Below are positions 28,502-40,145 of a stretch of 64,000 bases of DNA, one piece after another. The notes beneath the pieces are model-generated. The model was not told the DNA's origin and made no database searches. It worked only from the letters and a program-made list of their open reading frames with translations. Origin of the DNA: an uncultured Alphaproteobacteria bacterium (GTDB taxonomy: Bacteria > Pseudomonadota > Alphaproteobacteria > Rhizobiales > Beijerinckiaceae); the NCBI GenBank assembly GCA_963767245.1, contig CAVYDG010000024.1, positions 124,927 to 188,926 on the forward strand. The letters are read 5' to 3'. Within the stretch, counting starts at the first letter, position 1, and every line of letters starts with the position of its first letter. A program made the translations under genes and the position numbers.

Positions 28502-29251
28502 TCAAGCAGCCTCCTCCGCAAAATCGCGATAGCCGTTGCGTTCGAGTTCGAGCGCGAGCTCCGGGCCGCCGGTCGCGACAATCCGACCCTTCGACATCAC
28601 ATGCACGACATCCGGCTTGATGTAGTCGAGCAGCCGTTGGTAGTGCGTAATCAGGACGAAGGCTCGGCTTGGATCGCGAAGCGCGTTGACGCCCTCGGCG
28701 ACGATCCTGAGCGCGTCGATATCGAGGCCCGAATCGGTTTCGTCGAGGACGCCGACGCGGGGCGCGAGCAGCGCCATCTGCAGCACCTCGAAGCGCTTCT
28801 TCTCGCCGCCGGAGAAGCCGACATTGAGCGGCCGGCGCAGCATCTCCTGGTCGATCTTCAAGGCCTGAGCCGCTTCGCGCACCCGGCGCATGAAATCGGG
28901 CGTGGTGAGATCGCCTTCGCCTCGCGCCCGCCGCTGCGCGTTCAGGGCCGCCTTCAGGAAGGGCATCGCGCCGACGCCGGGAATTTCGGTCGGGTACTGG
29001 AATGCGAGAAACACCCCCTTGAGCGCACGCTCGTTGGGCTCAAGCTCGAAAAGATTCTCGCCGTCGAGAAAAATCTCGCCCGACGTGACCTCATAGCCCG
29101 GCTTGCCGGCGATGACGTAGGCCAGCGTCGACTTGCCCGAGCCGTTCGGTCCCATGATCGCCGCAACCTCGCCAGCGTTGACGCTGAGGCTGAGGTTGTC
29201 GAGGATCCGCTTGTCCTGGATCGAGACGCTGAGGTTCCTGATTTCGAGCAT
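28502..29251 (-). CDS. sufC: Fe-S cluster assembly ATPase SufC
   Basis: GPNGSGKS, FQYPTEIPG, GFSGGEKK and LDETDSGLDIDAL. Confidence 0.96.
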   Translation of the reverse strand: MLEIRNLSVSIQDKRILDNLSLSVNAGEVAAIMGPNGSGKSTLAYVIAGKPGYEVTSGEIFLDGENLFELEPNERALKGVFLAFQYPTEIPGVGAMPFLKAALNAQRRARGEGDLTTPDFMRRVREAAQALKIDQEMLRRPLNVGFSGGEKKRFEVLQMALLAPRVGVLDETDSGLDIDALRIVAEGVNALRDPSRAFVLITHYQRLLDYIKPDVVHVMSKGRIVATGGPELALELERNGYRDFAEEAA

Positions 29252-29283
29252 TGCGCGTCGATCTCCGCTTTGCGCGCCGACCA

Positions 29284-30753
<1,470 letters not shown>

Positions 30754-30988
30754 GACATCTCCTCGCCTTGACGGTTTCAAGGACCGCCGGTGGGGGTCGT
30801 GATCGTCCCCGCACGAGGAGGCCTGCTTCGATGGGCAGGGACGAACGCTCCTATATGGCGTTCATCAGCGCCGATTGCAAATGACCAATTGGCGCCATGC
30901 CGCGAGGAAAATCGCTACGCTCGATCATATTATACAGATACATCGCGTTCTTACGGTCGCCAAGCCTCCGGGGACCCAGCCCTTTCGG

Positions 30989-32732
30989 CTAGGCGGCCTC
31001 GCCGCGCAGTTGCGCGGCCAGTCGCTTCAAGTCGATCGGCTCCGGATCGCGTTCGCCAGGACCGGCGGCGCCGCGATCGTCGTGGCGCCCGGATATGTCG
31101 GCGAACTTCATCCGCATCGGCGTCGCGATCGCCTCGCCGAATGCGATCGCCTCACGGTCGGCGATCGAGGACAGGAAGGCGACCGTGCTGCTCGCCGAAG
31201 CGCCCGCCGCGGCGCGAATGATCCCCTTGTCGAGTTCATTGGCGAGCCTCATGGCGAACAGGGTCGAGCATTGCGACAGCACGGTCGAATCGAGCTCCGA
31301 TGGACGTTGCGACACGACCCCGAGCGAGGCGCCGTACTTCCGTCCTTCCTTGGCGATGCGGCCGATCGCCTGCCTGGCCGGGCCGAAGGTTTGCCTGCTG
31401 TCGGCTGGAATATAGCGGTGCGCCTCTTCGCACAACACGTTGATTTCATAAGACCCCGAGCACCAGAAGGCGATCTCGAACGCCAGCCGCGCGAGCACCG
31501 AGACGACCGAGTTGATGACCTCGTTGGGCAAGCCCGCAAGCCGGACGATGGTGATCGGCAGGCCTCGCGTCGGTATGCGAAAGAGGCGCGAGATCACCTT
31601 GGCGATATCGTCTTCGACCACCAGTCTGCCAAACATGAACCGAAACCGCGGATCGCGGTTGAGCCCCTCCAGTCGATAGCGCAGCGCCCTGAGATCGGAA
31701 CGGGGAAAGCGCTGATCGAGCATCCCGAGCCAGTCCTCGATGATGGCGACGACGTCGATGATGCGGAACGGCGTCGGGGTATCGGCGGTGACCGAAACCG
31801 CTTCGGACATCGGCTGGCGCCGCACCGTGCTGGCCCCCGCCGGCGAGCCCTGTTCGGCAAGGTACTTCGCCTTGGCGGCGCGGATGACTTCGTAGAGCGC
31901 GTCCCGTTCGTCGGCGTGCGGTTGACGCCCGCTGAACACGACGTCGGCGAGCTCGTCGAATCGGAACATCCAGAACGGCAGCTCGAGACTGTCCGAATCG
32001 ATGATCTGCGCCAGTCCGGGAAAATGCGCCGCATATTCGTTGTGCGGATCGAAGATGATGACCCTGAGCTTCGGCCTCATCGCGACCGACTTCCGCAATA
32101 GAAGGCTGACCGAAGTCGTCTTGCCGACGCCGGTCGATCCCAGCACTGCGAAGTGACGCCTGATCAATTCGCCGACGTCGATTTTCCGCCGGAATCGCTG
32201 GGTTCTGGCTCAGCCGGCCAATTTCAACCCCCTCGCGCCCTCGAAACGCATAGATGGCGCGAAGATCGTCGGCGCGGATGCGGTGCGCGGCCGCGCCCAG
32301 CGAGGGAAACGAGCTTACGCCGCGATGGAAGTACGGCGCGCCGGACGAATCGTCGACAATCTCGCCGGCGAGCTCGATTGTTACGCGGGCGATGTTGACC
32401 TCCGTCGCCGACCACCGGCCGTCGTGAGTTTCGACGTCGCAGACGGCGCCGACCAGTCGCGCGGTCTTGTGAACGATGGTGATCAGATGGCCGACCGACC
32501 AGTCCTCTTCACTCGTACCGAGCGGACAGCTGATCACGCCCTGGGTTCCGTTCAACGCCACCAGGCGCCCGATCACGCGCGGCTCGACCTCCCGCCGGTC
32601 GGGCGCGAACTCGGTTTCGGCCCCGGCGTCACCCGCCTCCGGTCCCTCGCGGTCGGCCGGCGCAGACGAAGCTGCGCCGAGACGTTCGAGAGCGTCGCGA
32701 AAAAGTCGGCTGTCGGTGCGAAACGAATGCAT
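30989..32732 (-). pseudogene. HerA/DUF87-like P-loop ATPase with N-terminal HAS-barrel-like region; one frameshift at ~32186
   Basis: N-terminal part in track ORF 31446..32732, C-terminal part in 30989..32167 with GSTGVGKT, EEAHRY, KEGRKYG and SQRPSELD. May be a sequencing error. Confidence 0.75.
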
Positions 32733-32885
32733 GTCTGACCGATTGTGAAGGCGTGGGAAGGCAAGCTTGCCGGTGAGCGGGTAAAGAATCCGTTCGACGC
32801 CTTAACGCGTTGGGAGGTCTGTATCGCGTTGGGACAAGCCGTTGTCGCATGCCGCCGCGTCACTTATCGACGGCTTCACATAGCC

Positions 32886-34394
32886 TCAAGCCGACGTCCG
32901 GATCTCCGGATCGCCGCCGATCAGGCGGGCGAACTGTCGCATGCGCGATCGCAGCCGTTCGCTGCTTAGCGGCGCCAGGTCAGGCGGCAGGGTCAGGATT
33001 ACGTGCCCCTTGTCGCAGATCATCGGCGCGCGCGGCAGGACTCCGGGCATCGCTGCCGAAATGTTGTAGGCGACCCGCATCGCCGCGCCGAGGATTCGCG
33101 CCCGGTCGAGTTGGCGCGCCGTCACCAATGCGCGTGACTGGGGCGAGACGAGGTCTTCGCTCGACATATGCCGGTAGGACGCCGCGAGCGCAAGGAACGC
33201 GCGCGAGGGATGGTCGACGCCGATGAAGGCTGCGTTCGCGACCAGATCGTAGGCCTGGGCGCCGCGATAGTCCGGGTGCGCGCGCCAGGCGATATCGGAC
33301 AGAAGGCACGCGGCGTGCCGAAGACGCTTGTCCTGCTCGTCTTCTTCGAGATGGGTTGAATCGATCAAGCGGCCTGTCCAGTCATAGAGCTCTGCGCCAT
33401 GTTCGGGCGCCCGCGAACGCAGCTCATTAAATTCGCGCGCCGAGACGATGAGGGGATCTTGCGCCTGCTCCGCCGGCGACAGCCGTGAGTAGATGAGCCC
33501 CTCGCGCACCCCGAGCGCGGAGATGACGATCTCTTTCGGATTGGCCTGGCGGATGATCTCTTCCAGCACTGCGGCGCCGTACGCCAGAAGTGGCCTGCGG
33601 GCCGACGACACTGACTCGATCGACAACAGCGCGTCGGCTTCGATCCGTTCGACCAGCCGCGCGAATTCGAGCGCGTCGCGGGTCGGGATCACGTAATTGT
33701 GCATTACGTTCATCGGATATTGCCGCTGGCGCATATGGAGACGGGCCAAAGCCCGCCAGGTGCCGCCGACCGCGTAGAACGTTCGCCCGGCGAGCCCCTG
33801 CAGCGCCTTGACCGGCGCAAGGCTGTCGCGGACAATTTTGGCCGCCTTTTTTGGCGAGCGCTCCGAAAGGTCCATCAGCGACAACCCGCCCAGCGGTAGC
33901 GTGATCCCCTGTGCGCATTGACCGTCCCTGATGTCGGTCAGTTCAAGCGAGCCGCCGCCGAGATCGCCGACAACGCCGTCCGCCTTGTGGATCGAGCTCA
34001 CGACGCCGAGCGCCGACAATTTCGCTTCCCGCTGACCGCTCAGGAGCTCGATTTTGCAGCCGATCGCGCGCTCGGCGCGATCAAGAAATTCCGACCCATT
34101 CGCCGCATCACGCACAGCGGCCGTCGCCACCCCCCGAACATCGTGGATTCGCATGTTGCCGCAGAGAACGCGAAAACGCTCGAGCGCGGACAGCGCCTTG
34201 ACGATCGCGTCCTCCGGCAGGAGTCCGCTCATCGCCACCCCTCGCCCGAGACCGCACAGGGCCTTTTCATTGAATGTCGGCGTCGGCGCGCGCGACGGCG
34301 ACTCGTACGACACCAGGCGAATCGAATTCGAGCCGATGTCGACGATCGCCAAGGGCTCGCCCGGCAAGCGTCCGGAAGCTGAATTGTCGGGCAT
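32886..34394 (-). CDS. ppx: Exopolyphosphatase (Ppx/GppA)
   Basis: VDIGSNSIRLV, ATAAVRDA, DLGGGSLE and GVREGL. Confidence 0.93.
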   Translation of the reverse strand: MPDNSASGRLPGEPLAIVDIGSNSIRLVSYESPSRAPTPTFNEKALCGLGRGVAMSGLLPEDAIVKALSALERFRVLCGNMRIHDVRGVATAAVRDAANGSEFLDRAERAIGCKIELLSGQREAKLSALGVVSSIHKADGVVGDLGGGSLELTDIRDGQCAQGITLPLGGLSLMDLSERSPKKAAKIVRDSLAPVKALQGLAGRTFYAVGGTWRALARLHMRQRQYPMNVMHNYVIPTRDALEFARLVERIEADALLSIESVSSARRPLLAYGAAVLEEIIRQANPKEIVISALGVREGLIYSRLSPAEQAQDPLIVSAREFNELRSRAPEHGAELYDWTGRLIDSTHLEEDEQDKRLRHAACLLSDIAWRAHPDYRGAQAYDLVANAAFIGVDHPSRAFLALAASYRHMSSEDLVSPQSRALVTARQLDRARILGAAMRVAYNISAAMPGVLPRAPMICDKGHVILTLPPDLAPLSSERLRSRMRQFARLIGGDPEIRTSA

Positions 34395-34438
34395 AAATGA
34401 TCCTGAAGGGGAGTCCGGGTCGGCGGACACGCCCTCTA

Positions 34439-36634
34439 TCAGGCGCGCCTGCCCAGCGCCATTGGAAACGAGTCCATAAGCGCCTTGCCGCGGCCCGACA
34501 GGCTCGGATTGGTCATGAAATATCTGTGGGCGTTGAATGGCTCCTCGCCTTCGGCTGGCGCGATTCGTTCGCTCGAACCGTCGGGCAAAATGCGAAAGCT
34601 TTGTTGGTTGTCCATGAGGTTCGCTTGCATGATCTGTTCGAGCACTTGCTCGTGAACCGTGGGGTTGAGCAGGGGAACGAGCGCCTCGACACGGCGGTCC
34701 AGATTGCGCTGCATGAGATCGGCGGACGAGATGAATGCCCGCGCCTTCGGATGGGGCAGCCCGTGGCCGGCGCCGAACGCATATATCCGCGCGTGTTCCA
34801 GGAATCGGCCGACGAGCGACTTCACGCGAATATTATCGGAGAGGCCGGGCACGCCCGGGCGCAGACAGCAGATGCCGCGGATCACGATGTCAATCTGCAC
34901 GCCGTCGCGGCTGGCGGCATAGAGGGCGTCGATGATCTGCGGGTCGACGAGCGCATTGCATTTGATCCAGATCTGCGCCGGCCGGCCAAGCCTGGCGTAG
35001 TCGATCTCGTCGGCGATGTTGCGCAACAATGTCTTCTTGAGCGTAATCGGCGAAATCGACATCTGCTCGAGACCGTCCGGCTCGGCATAACCGGTGATGA
35101 AATTGAAAATGCGGGCGACGTCCCGTCCGATCGCGGCGTCGGCGGTGAAAAGAGAAATGTCGGCATAAATGCGGGCGGTGACGGGGTGATAATTGCCGGT
35201 GCCCAGGTGACAATAGTTGACCAGCCCGCCGCCCTCGCGCCGCACCACCATCGAGAGCTTGGCGTGGGTCTTGAGCTCGATGAAGCCATAGACGACCTGC
35301 GCGCCCGCCCGCTCGAGATCCCGCGCCCAGCGGATATTCGCCTCTTCGTCGAAGCGCGCCTTGAGTTCGACGAGCGCGGTGACCGACTTGCCGGCCTCTG
35401 CGGCTTCGATCAGCGCTCGGACGATCGGGCTGTCGGCCGAGGTGCGATAGAGCGTCTGCTTGATCGCGACGACGTTCGGATCGTGCGCCGCCTGGTTCAG
35501 GAATTGTACAACGACGTCGAACGATTCGTAGGGGTGATGAACGACGAGATCCTTCTGCCGGATCGCAGCGAAGCAGTCGCCGCCGAGTTCCTTCACCCGT
35601 TCGGGAAACCGAGGGTTGTAGGGCGGAAACTTGAGATCCGGGCGGTCGATAGCGACGAGCTGCGACAGGTCGTTAAGCGCCAGCATGCCTTCGACCAGCA
35701 CGATGCCGGACGAGACGACGTCGACGTCGCCGGCGACAAACGCGCGCAGCGATTCCGGGGTGCTGGCCTCGATCTCGAGGCGGATGACGGAGCCGCGCCG
35801 GCGCCGCTTGAGCGCGCTCTCGTAGAGGCGAACGAGGTCCTCCGCCTCTTCCTCGACTTCGATGTCGCTGTCGCGAATCACGCGAAAGGCGCCCTCGCCC
35901 AACACTTCATAGCCCGGAAACAACAAGCCGATGAAGGCGACGATCAGCCGATCGAGCATCACGAAGCGCGCCGCGCCCCCGAGCGGTCCGTCGGGCAGCC
36001 TGATGAAGCGCTCGACGCTCGCCGGAATGCGGACCAGCGCGCTCATCGCCTTGCCGTCGCGCGGATTGAGGAGTTCGAGCGCCAAGCTCAGTCCAAGATT
36101 GGGAATGAACGGAAAGGGATGCGCCGGATCGACTGCGAGCGGCGTCAGGATCGGAAACACATGGGAGAGGAAATGATCCTGCAGCCATTCGCGTTCCCGC
36201 CGGGTGAGATCGGCGACCTCGAGGATCACAACCGCATTGGCGGCGAGCTCGGACCTCAGCGTCTTCCACCGCGATTGCTGTGAGGCGACGGTCGAGGCGA
36301 CGCGCTCGCTGATACGCTCGAGTTGCTCCGCCGGAGAGCGGCCGTCGTCGGAAATCTCCGCCACCCCGGAAAGCACCTGGCCAACCAGGCCGGCGACACG
36401 GACCATGAAAAATTCGTCGAGATTGTTGGCTGAAATTGACAGGAAGCGGAGTCGCTCTAGCAGCGGATGGCTGGGGTTGGCCGCTTCCTCTAGCACCCGG
36501 CGGTTGAATTCAAGCCACGACAGTTCCCGGTTGATGAACCGCTCGGGCGACGACAACAGCGGCGGCGGATCGTCGTTCGCCGCCGCCGGAACCGCCGCAA
36601 AACTCTTCTCGCTGGTCGCAACCGCGCGGGCCAA
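34439..36634 (-). CDS. ppk1: Polyphosphate kinase 1
   Basis: [39 protein letters not shown] and GRFLEH. Confidence 0.97.
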   Translation of the reverse strand: MARAVATSEKSFAAVPAAANDDPPPLLSSPERFINRELSWLEFNRRVLEEAANPSHPLLERLRFLSISANNLDEFFMVRVAGLVGQVLSGVAEISDDGRSPAEQLERISERVASTVASQQSRWKTLRSELAANAVVILEVADLTRREREWLQDHFLSHVFPILTPLAVDPAHPFPFIPNLGLSLALELLNPRDGKAMSALVRIPASVERFIRLPDGPLGGAARFVMLDRLIVAFIGLLFPGYEVLGEGAFRVIRDSDIEVEEEAEDLVRLYESALKRRRRGSVIRLEIEASTPESLRAFVAGDVDVVSSGIVLVEGMLALNDLSQLVAIDRPDLKFPPYNPRFPERVKELGGDCFAAIRQKDLVVHHPYESFDVVVQFLNQAAHDPNVVAIKQTLYRTSADSPIVRALIEAAEAGKSVTALVELKARFDEEANIRWARDLERAGAQVVYGFIELKTHAKLSMVVRREGGGLVNYCHLGTGNYHPVTARIYADISLFTADAAIGRDVARIFNFITGYAEPDGLEQMSISPITLKKTLLRNIADEIDYARLGRPAQIWIKCNALVDPQIIDALYAASRDGVQIDIVIRGICCLRPGVPGLSDNIRVKSLVGRFLEHARIYAFGAGHGLPHPKARAFISSADLMQRNLDRRVEALVPLLNPTVHEQVLEQIMQANLMDNQQSFRILPDGSSERIAPAEGEEPFNAHRYFMTNPSLSGRGKALMDSFPMALGRRA

Positions 36635-36823
36635 ACGGGAACTCCCTTCTCGTCGCCGCCATATTGCGGCAATTGCCGCATTCCGCCAAGCGTCGCGAGC
36701 GAGCTTTCAGACTGAAGTCGCAGGGACGCGACGAGGGGCGTCCGCGGACCGGAGAGCCCGGCGCGCCGCATCAATCGTAAAGCAAACCCCGGCGACCGCT
36801 ACGCGCAAAAACATCTCGGTGAT

Positions 36824-37054
36824 ATGTACAAGAATGGCCGGGGCGTGGAGCAAAGCGATAGCGAAGCCGTGCGCTTATATCGCCAATCGGCCGAGCAAGG
36901 TTATCGTGGAGGAGAAACCGCGCTCGGCCTCATGCTTCTCGCAGGTCGCGGGGCGCCAATGGACCGTGCCGGAGCAATCGCATTGTTCAAGCGGGCTGCG
37001 GCGCAGGAAGAGCCAGAGGCGATCACGCAACTCCAGCGACTTTCGGCAAAATAG
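36824..37054 (+). CDS. Short Sel1-repeat protein or N-terminally truncated remnant
   Basis: AQKHLGDMYKNGRGVEQSDSEAVRLYRQSAEQG and LGLMLLAGRGAPMDRAGA repeats. The first repeat begins upstream of the ATG, with no earlier ATG in frame. Confidence 0.6.
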   Translation: MYKNGRGVEQSDSEAVRLYRQSAEQGYRGGETALGLMLLAGRGAPMDRAGAIALFKRAAAQEEPEAITQLQRLSAK

Positions 37055-37171
37055 TTTCGGGAGTTGCGGCGCTGGGCGAGTGGTCGACGGTGCTCAAAGG
37101 CGCGGGAACAAGCCCCGTGCCCCTTTAAGGATACGCGGCCGTCGCCAACGACAGAGCGCGGCGCGCTCCGC

Positions 37172-37435
37172 CTAGTTGCAGACCCTCACCCCATGCCGCC
37201 ACCAGCAATGCCGGCCGCCGTGATAATGATAGCCGGGCGCGACCACGACCGCGCCGCCGCCGCCGTTGGGACGGCAGCCGCCGTTCGGGCCGCGGTGGAA
37301 GCCGGCGCCGCAGCCTCCCGCGACGAGGGTGACGTTCGACCCGGTGTCGGGCATCACTGGGATGTCCATCGCATAGGCGGGAACCGCGGCCAGTCCCAAC
37401 AGCGCCATTGCCCCAGCAATCAAGGTTAGTCTCAT
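37172..37435 (-). CDS. Small secreted GCG_CRPN 'prefix-to-repeats' domain protein
   Basis: Signal peptide, then VAGGCGAGFHRGPNGGCRPN, then HCWWRHGVRVCN. Confidence 0.8.
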   Translation of the reverse strand: MRLTLIAGAMALLGLAAVPAYAMDIPVMPDTGSNVTLVAGGCGAGFHRGPNGGCRPNGGGGAVVVAPGYHYHGGRHCWWRHGVRVCN

Positions 37436-37789
37436 ATTCAGTCCTCTCGGCGCTTTGTCCTACGACCCGCCCATCGCGGATTGCGCCAGAGTAGGAATGC
37501 TCGCCGATTTTGTCCAGCCGCCAACCCGCTTCTGGAGCAAACGATTTCGCGAGCGGGAGCTTGAGCGCGGGGGTACGGACCGGCCTCGCGTCGCGTAGCC
37601 GGGGTTGAAGGCGCCAGTGGGCAGCGCTCAGCGCCGGGGTTCGGTGTCCAAGGCTTCTGGAAAAACATATGGTGGGCGATCCGAACAATATATTGCTGAA
37701 CTTCAGAATCAATGCTAGCCTCATCTTCATGCTTGGCGTGCCTAGCGTCGTTTGCGACGAATCGCACAAACGGTGAGACAAGAGGGGAT

Positions 37790-37846
37790 TTTCCGTGCCA
37801 AAAGGCCGCGCAACCCCTTGAAAAGTCTCGATTCGGACGAGAGAAG
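37790..37846 (+). repeat. Left part of a GANTC-containing intergenic repeat (copy 1), split by IS1595
   Basis: TGAAAAGTCTCGATTCGGACGA (37819-37840) is 21/22 identical to the reverse complement of 50058-50079. Outer boundary approximate. Confidence 0.7.
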
Positions 37847-37908
37847 GGCGATTATAACGTTGACAAAGCCAAAACTTGAGAGTATGAATGGCGGCATAGG
37901 AGCTATCC

Positions 37909-38857
37909 ATGTCCGCCGCCATCCTTCAAAACCCGATCTTCACCGATACTGACAAGGCCCGCCAATGGCTTGAGGCCCGCATTTGGGCTTCTGGGCGACC
38001 CTGCCCACACTGCGGCGTTGTCGATAACTCCACGGCTCTCCAAGGCTCCAAGCACCGTCCCGGTGTCTACCAGTGCAACGCCTGTCGCGAACAATTCACA
38101 GTGACGGTAGGAACGGTTTTCGAGCGCTCCAAAATTCCGCTCTGCAAATGGCTCGCGGCACTCTTTCTCATGGTTTCCAGCAAGAAAGGCGTATCCGCGC
38201 ACCAAGTTCACCGCTTGCTTGGCATCTCATACAAGAGCACATGGTTCATGATGCACCGTTTGCGCGAAGCAATGCGCTCAGGTGATCTTGCTCCGATGGG
38301 TGGTTCGGGCAATGGTCGTTGAGGTTGACGAGACGTTCATCGGCAAGCGTGAAGGCTTCGAAGCTAAGCCGGGTTGGGTCCGCCACAAGAACACGGTTCT
38401 GACGCTCGTGGAGCGCGGAGGTCGTGCGCGTTCATTCCATATCGACGAGGCGACAAAAGAGAACATCGTCCCCATCGTAAATGAGAACCTAAACCGCGAA
38501 AGCCATCTGATGACGGACGAGGCTCGCCGTTACGAGACAATCGGCAAGGACTTTGCCGCTCATGACGTTGTCGATCATCATCGCGGCGAATACGGCTACA
38601 CGGACCACGAGACGGGCGCGAAGGTCAACACGAACACCGTCGAAGGCTATTACTCAATCTTCAAGCGCGGCATGAAAGGCGTTTATCAGCACTGCGGTGA
38701 AAAGCATCTGCACCGCTATCTGGCAGAGTTCGATTTCCGTTATAGCAACCGCTCTGCCCTTGGCGTCGAGGACCGCGAGCGTGCTGACTTGCTGGCGAAG
38801 GGCATCGTTGGCAAGCGCCTTACCTATCGACGGCCTCACGGGCTCAATGTCGCCTAA
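37909..38857 (+). pseudogene. IS1595-family transposase with N-terminal Zn ribbon; frameshift at ~38311
   Basis: CPHC...CNAC ribbon, TVTVGTVFE and KSTWFMMHRLR, then VEVDETF, LMTDE and NTVEGYYS...YLAEFDFRY in the next frame. Confidence 0.9.
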
Positions 38858-38882
38858 CAAGCGCAATTGGGAGTTCTAGGGA

Positions 38883-39137
38883 ATGACCGTAACCCCACGC
38901 GAGCTTAGGCGCGTACGTTTCAGCGCGCCTAACTCAGAAACTCGATCTCTAACGATCCATCTTCATGCAGGACCGATCGACCATGAGGAATCCATCGTCC
39001 TCTCGGTCTCTTGCGACGGGCTGATGAGTTTAATGCGAGGGATTCAGGAATATCGGGCTCTGCATAAACTCCCCATTCCTCATACTGTGAGGCGGAAGGG
39101 AAAACCCTCTCTCTCTGTCGTATCTGATCATCGCTAG
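38883..39137 (+). CDS. IS passenger hypothetical protein (84 aa)
   Basis: ATG 25 nt after the transposase stop; ends RKGKPSLSVVSDHR. Confidence 0.45.
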   Translation: MTVTPRELRRVRFSAPNSETRSLTIHLHAGPIDHEESIVLSVSCDGLMSLMRGIQEYRALHKLPIPHTVRRKGKPSLSVVSDHR

Positions 39138-39287
39138 CGCGCTCTTTTTGGCGATGCTGCGGCCCGCTCTTTGACACCGTATCGACGGCGCGCTCAAATC
39201 GCTCCCACGCATCGGGAACCAACTCGACTTCCTTGGTGCCTCTCATAAGGTCATCCTTATCACGCGCCATACATTGGAACCACCCCA

Positions 39288-39908
39288 ATGGTCGAAACGC
39301 CAGCGCTGCCGCCACAACAAAATATCACAATCACGACAAACTTATTAACCGCCCCGCTATACGCCGAGCAACTAGGGCACCTTTGTGTTGCATGGTCCAA
39401 TCTTGAGTGGCACATGTTTCTATTGTTTCAGTTTATCTGCGGAGCGCCACCAGCAGTCGCTAGAACAACTTTCTACGCGATAGAAAGTAATCGGGGCAGA
39501 CGGGAAATATTGAAGTCAGTAGGAGGGGCCGTACTCTCCAAGCAAAGTCACAGAGACGCACTTGATGACATTCTCCGCCGAATTGGCAAAACAGCCTCTG
39601 TAAGAAACAAATATGTCCATGACACATGGGGTGTCGCGGCCACTCAAAAGCATGAAATCTTTCAAATGCGACTATCCAACCCGCAAACATTTCAAGATAT
39701 GGAGGAAGTTACGGTATCCGATCTAAAAACTTGTTGTGAAAATATTCAAAAAGTCACTGAGGCGCTGAACGATTTCCGGGAGAAGGTTCACCCATCGCTC
39801 GAATCATCGCTACGAACACTTCGCGAACAGCCTGGGATAGCCCTGCAGTTCGCCAAGAAAGGCAGTCATCCGGGACAGAAGCCAAAAGGGCATCGACGCC
39901 AGCGTTGA
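39288..39908 (+). CDS. IS passenger protein with HEPN-like Rx4H motif (putative RNase toxin/defence effector)
   Basis: Helical protein 'GHLCVAWSNLEWHM...LDDILRRIGKTASVRNKYVHDTW'; RNKYVH at 39603-39620; visibly AT-richer than the flanks. Confidence 0.6.
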   Translation: MVETPALPPQQNITITTNLLTAPLYAEQLGHLCVAWSNLEWHMFLLFQFICGAPPAVARTTFYAIESNRGRREILKSVGGAVLSKQSHRDALDDILRRIGKTASVRNKYVHDTWGVAATQKHEIFQMRLSNPQTFQDMEEVTVSDLKTCCENIQKVTEALNDFREKVHPSLESSLRTLREQPGIALQFAKKGSHPGQKPKGHRRQR

Positions 39909-40026
39909 TCATCTTATGTGAAACCATAGGCGAGCCTGCGCGTGCTTTAGCGCGGGACACCTTCACGCCGGCCTGTCCCGCTTCGTTTAACATCCCATCC
40001 TCGGCTTTGTCAACGTTATAATCGCC

Positions 40027-40135
40027 GAGAGAATCCAAGCCTATTATTTTGCTGGATTTTGTCTTCGGCGCGGTCCAGGCGGGCCCGAACCCGTCCAGGC
40101 GAGGTTTTCCAAATTTGGTTGGCCCAAGCAAGACG
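40027..40135 (+). repeat. Right part of intergenic repeat copy 1
   Basis: GAGAGAATCCAAGC...TTTTGCTGG parallels GAATAAGACCAAGC...TTTTGCTTGG of copy 2. Outer boundary approximate. Confidence 0.55.
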
Positions 40136-40145
40136 CCCCTTCCCG

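Larger units (their letters stand above)
37847..40026 (+). mobile_element. IS1595-family element with passenger genes, 2180 bp
   Basis: Perfect 24-bp IRs GGCGATTATAACGTTGACAAAGCC at 37847-37870 and 40003-40026. Flanking 8-mers GAGAGAAG / GAGAGAAT (7/8 target duplication). Confidence 0.95.

Noticed and set aside
36665-36680. Perfect 16-bp palindrome TGCGGCAATTGCCGCA upstream of ppk1
   Set aside because: About one such palindrome is expected by chance in 64 kb of GC-rich DNA; no second copy or known motif supports it.
37125-37922. 265-aa minus-strand ORF
   Set aside because: Spans the IS1595 left end, the repeat and the GCG_CRPN gene in another frame; not a coherent gene.
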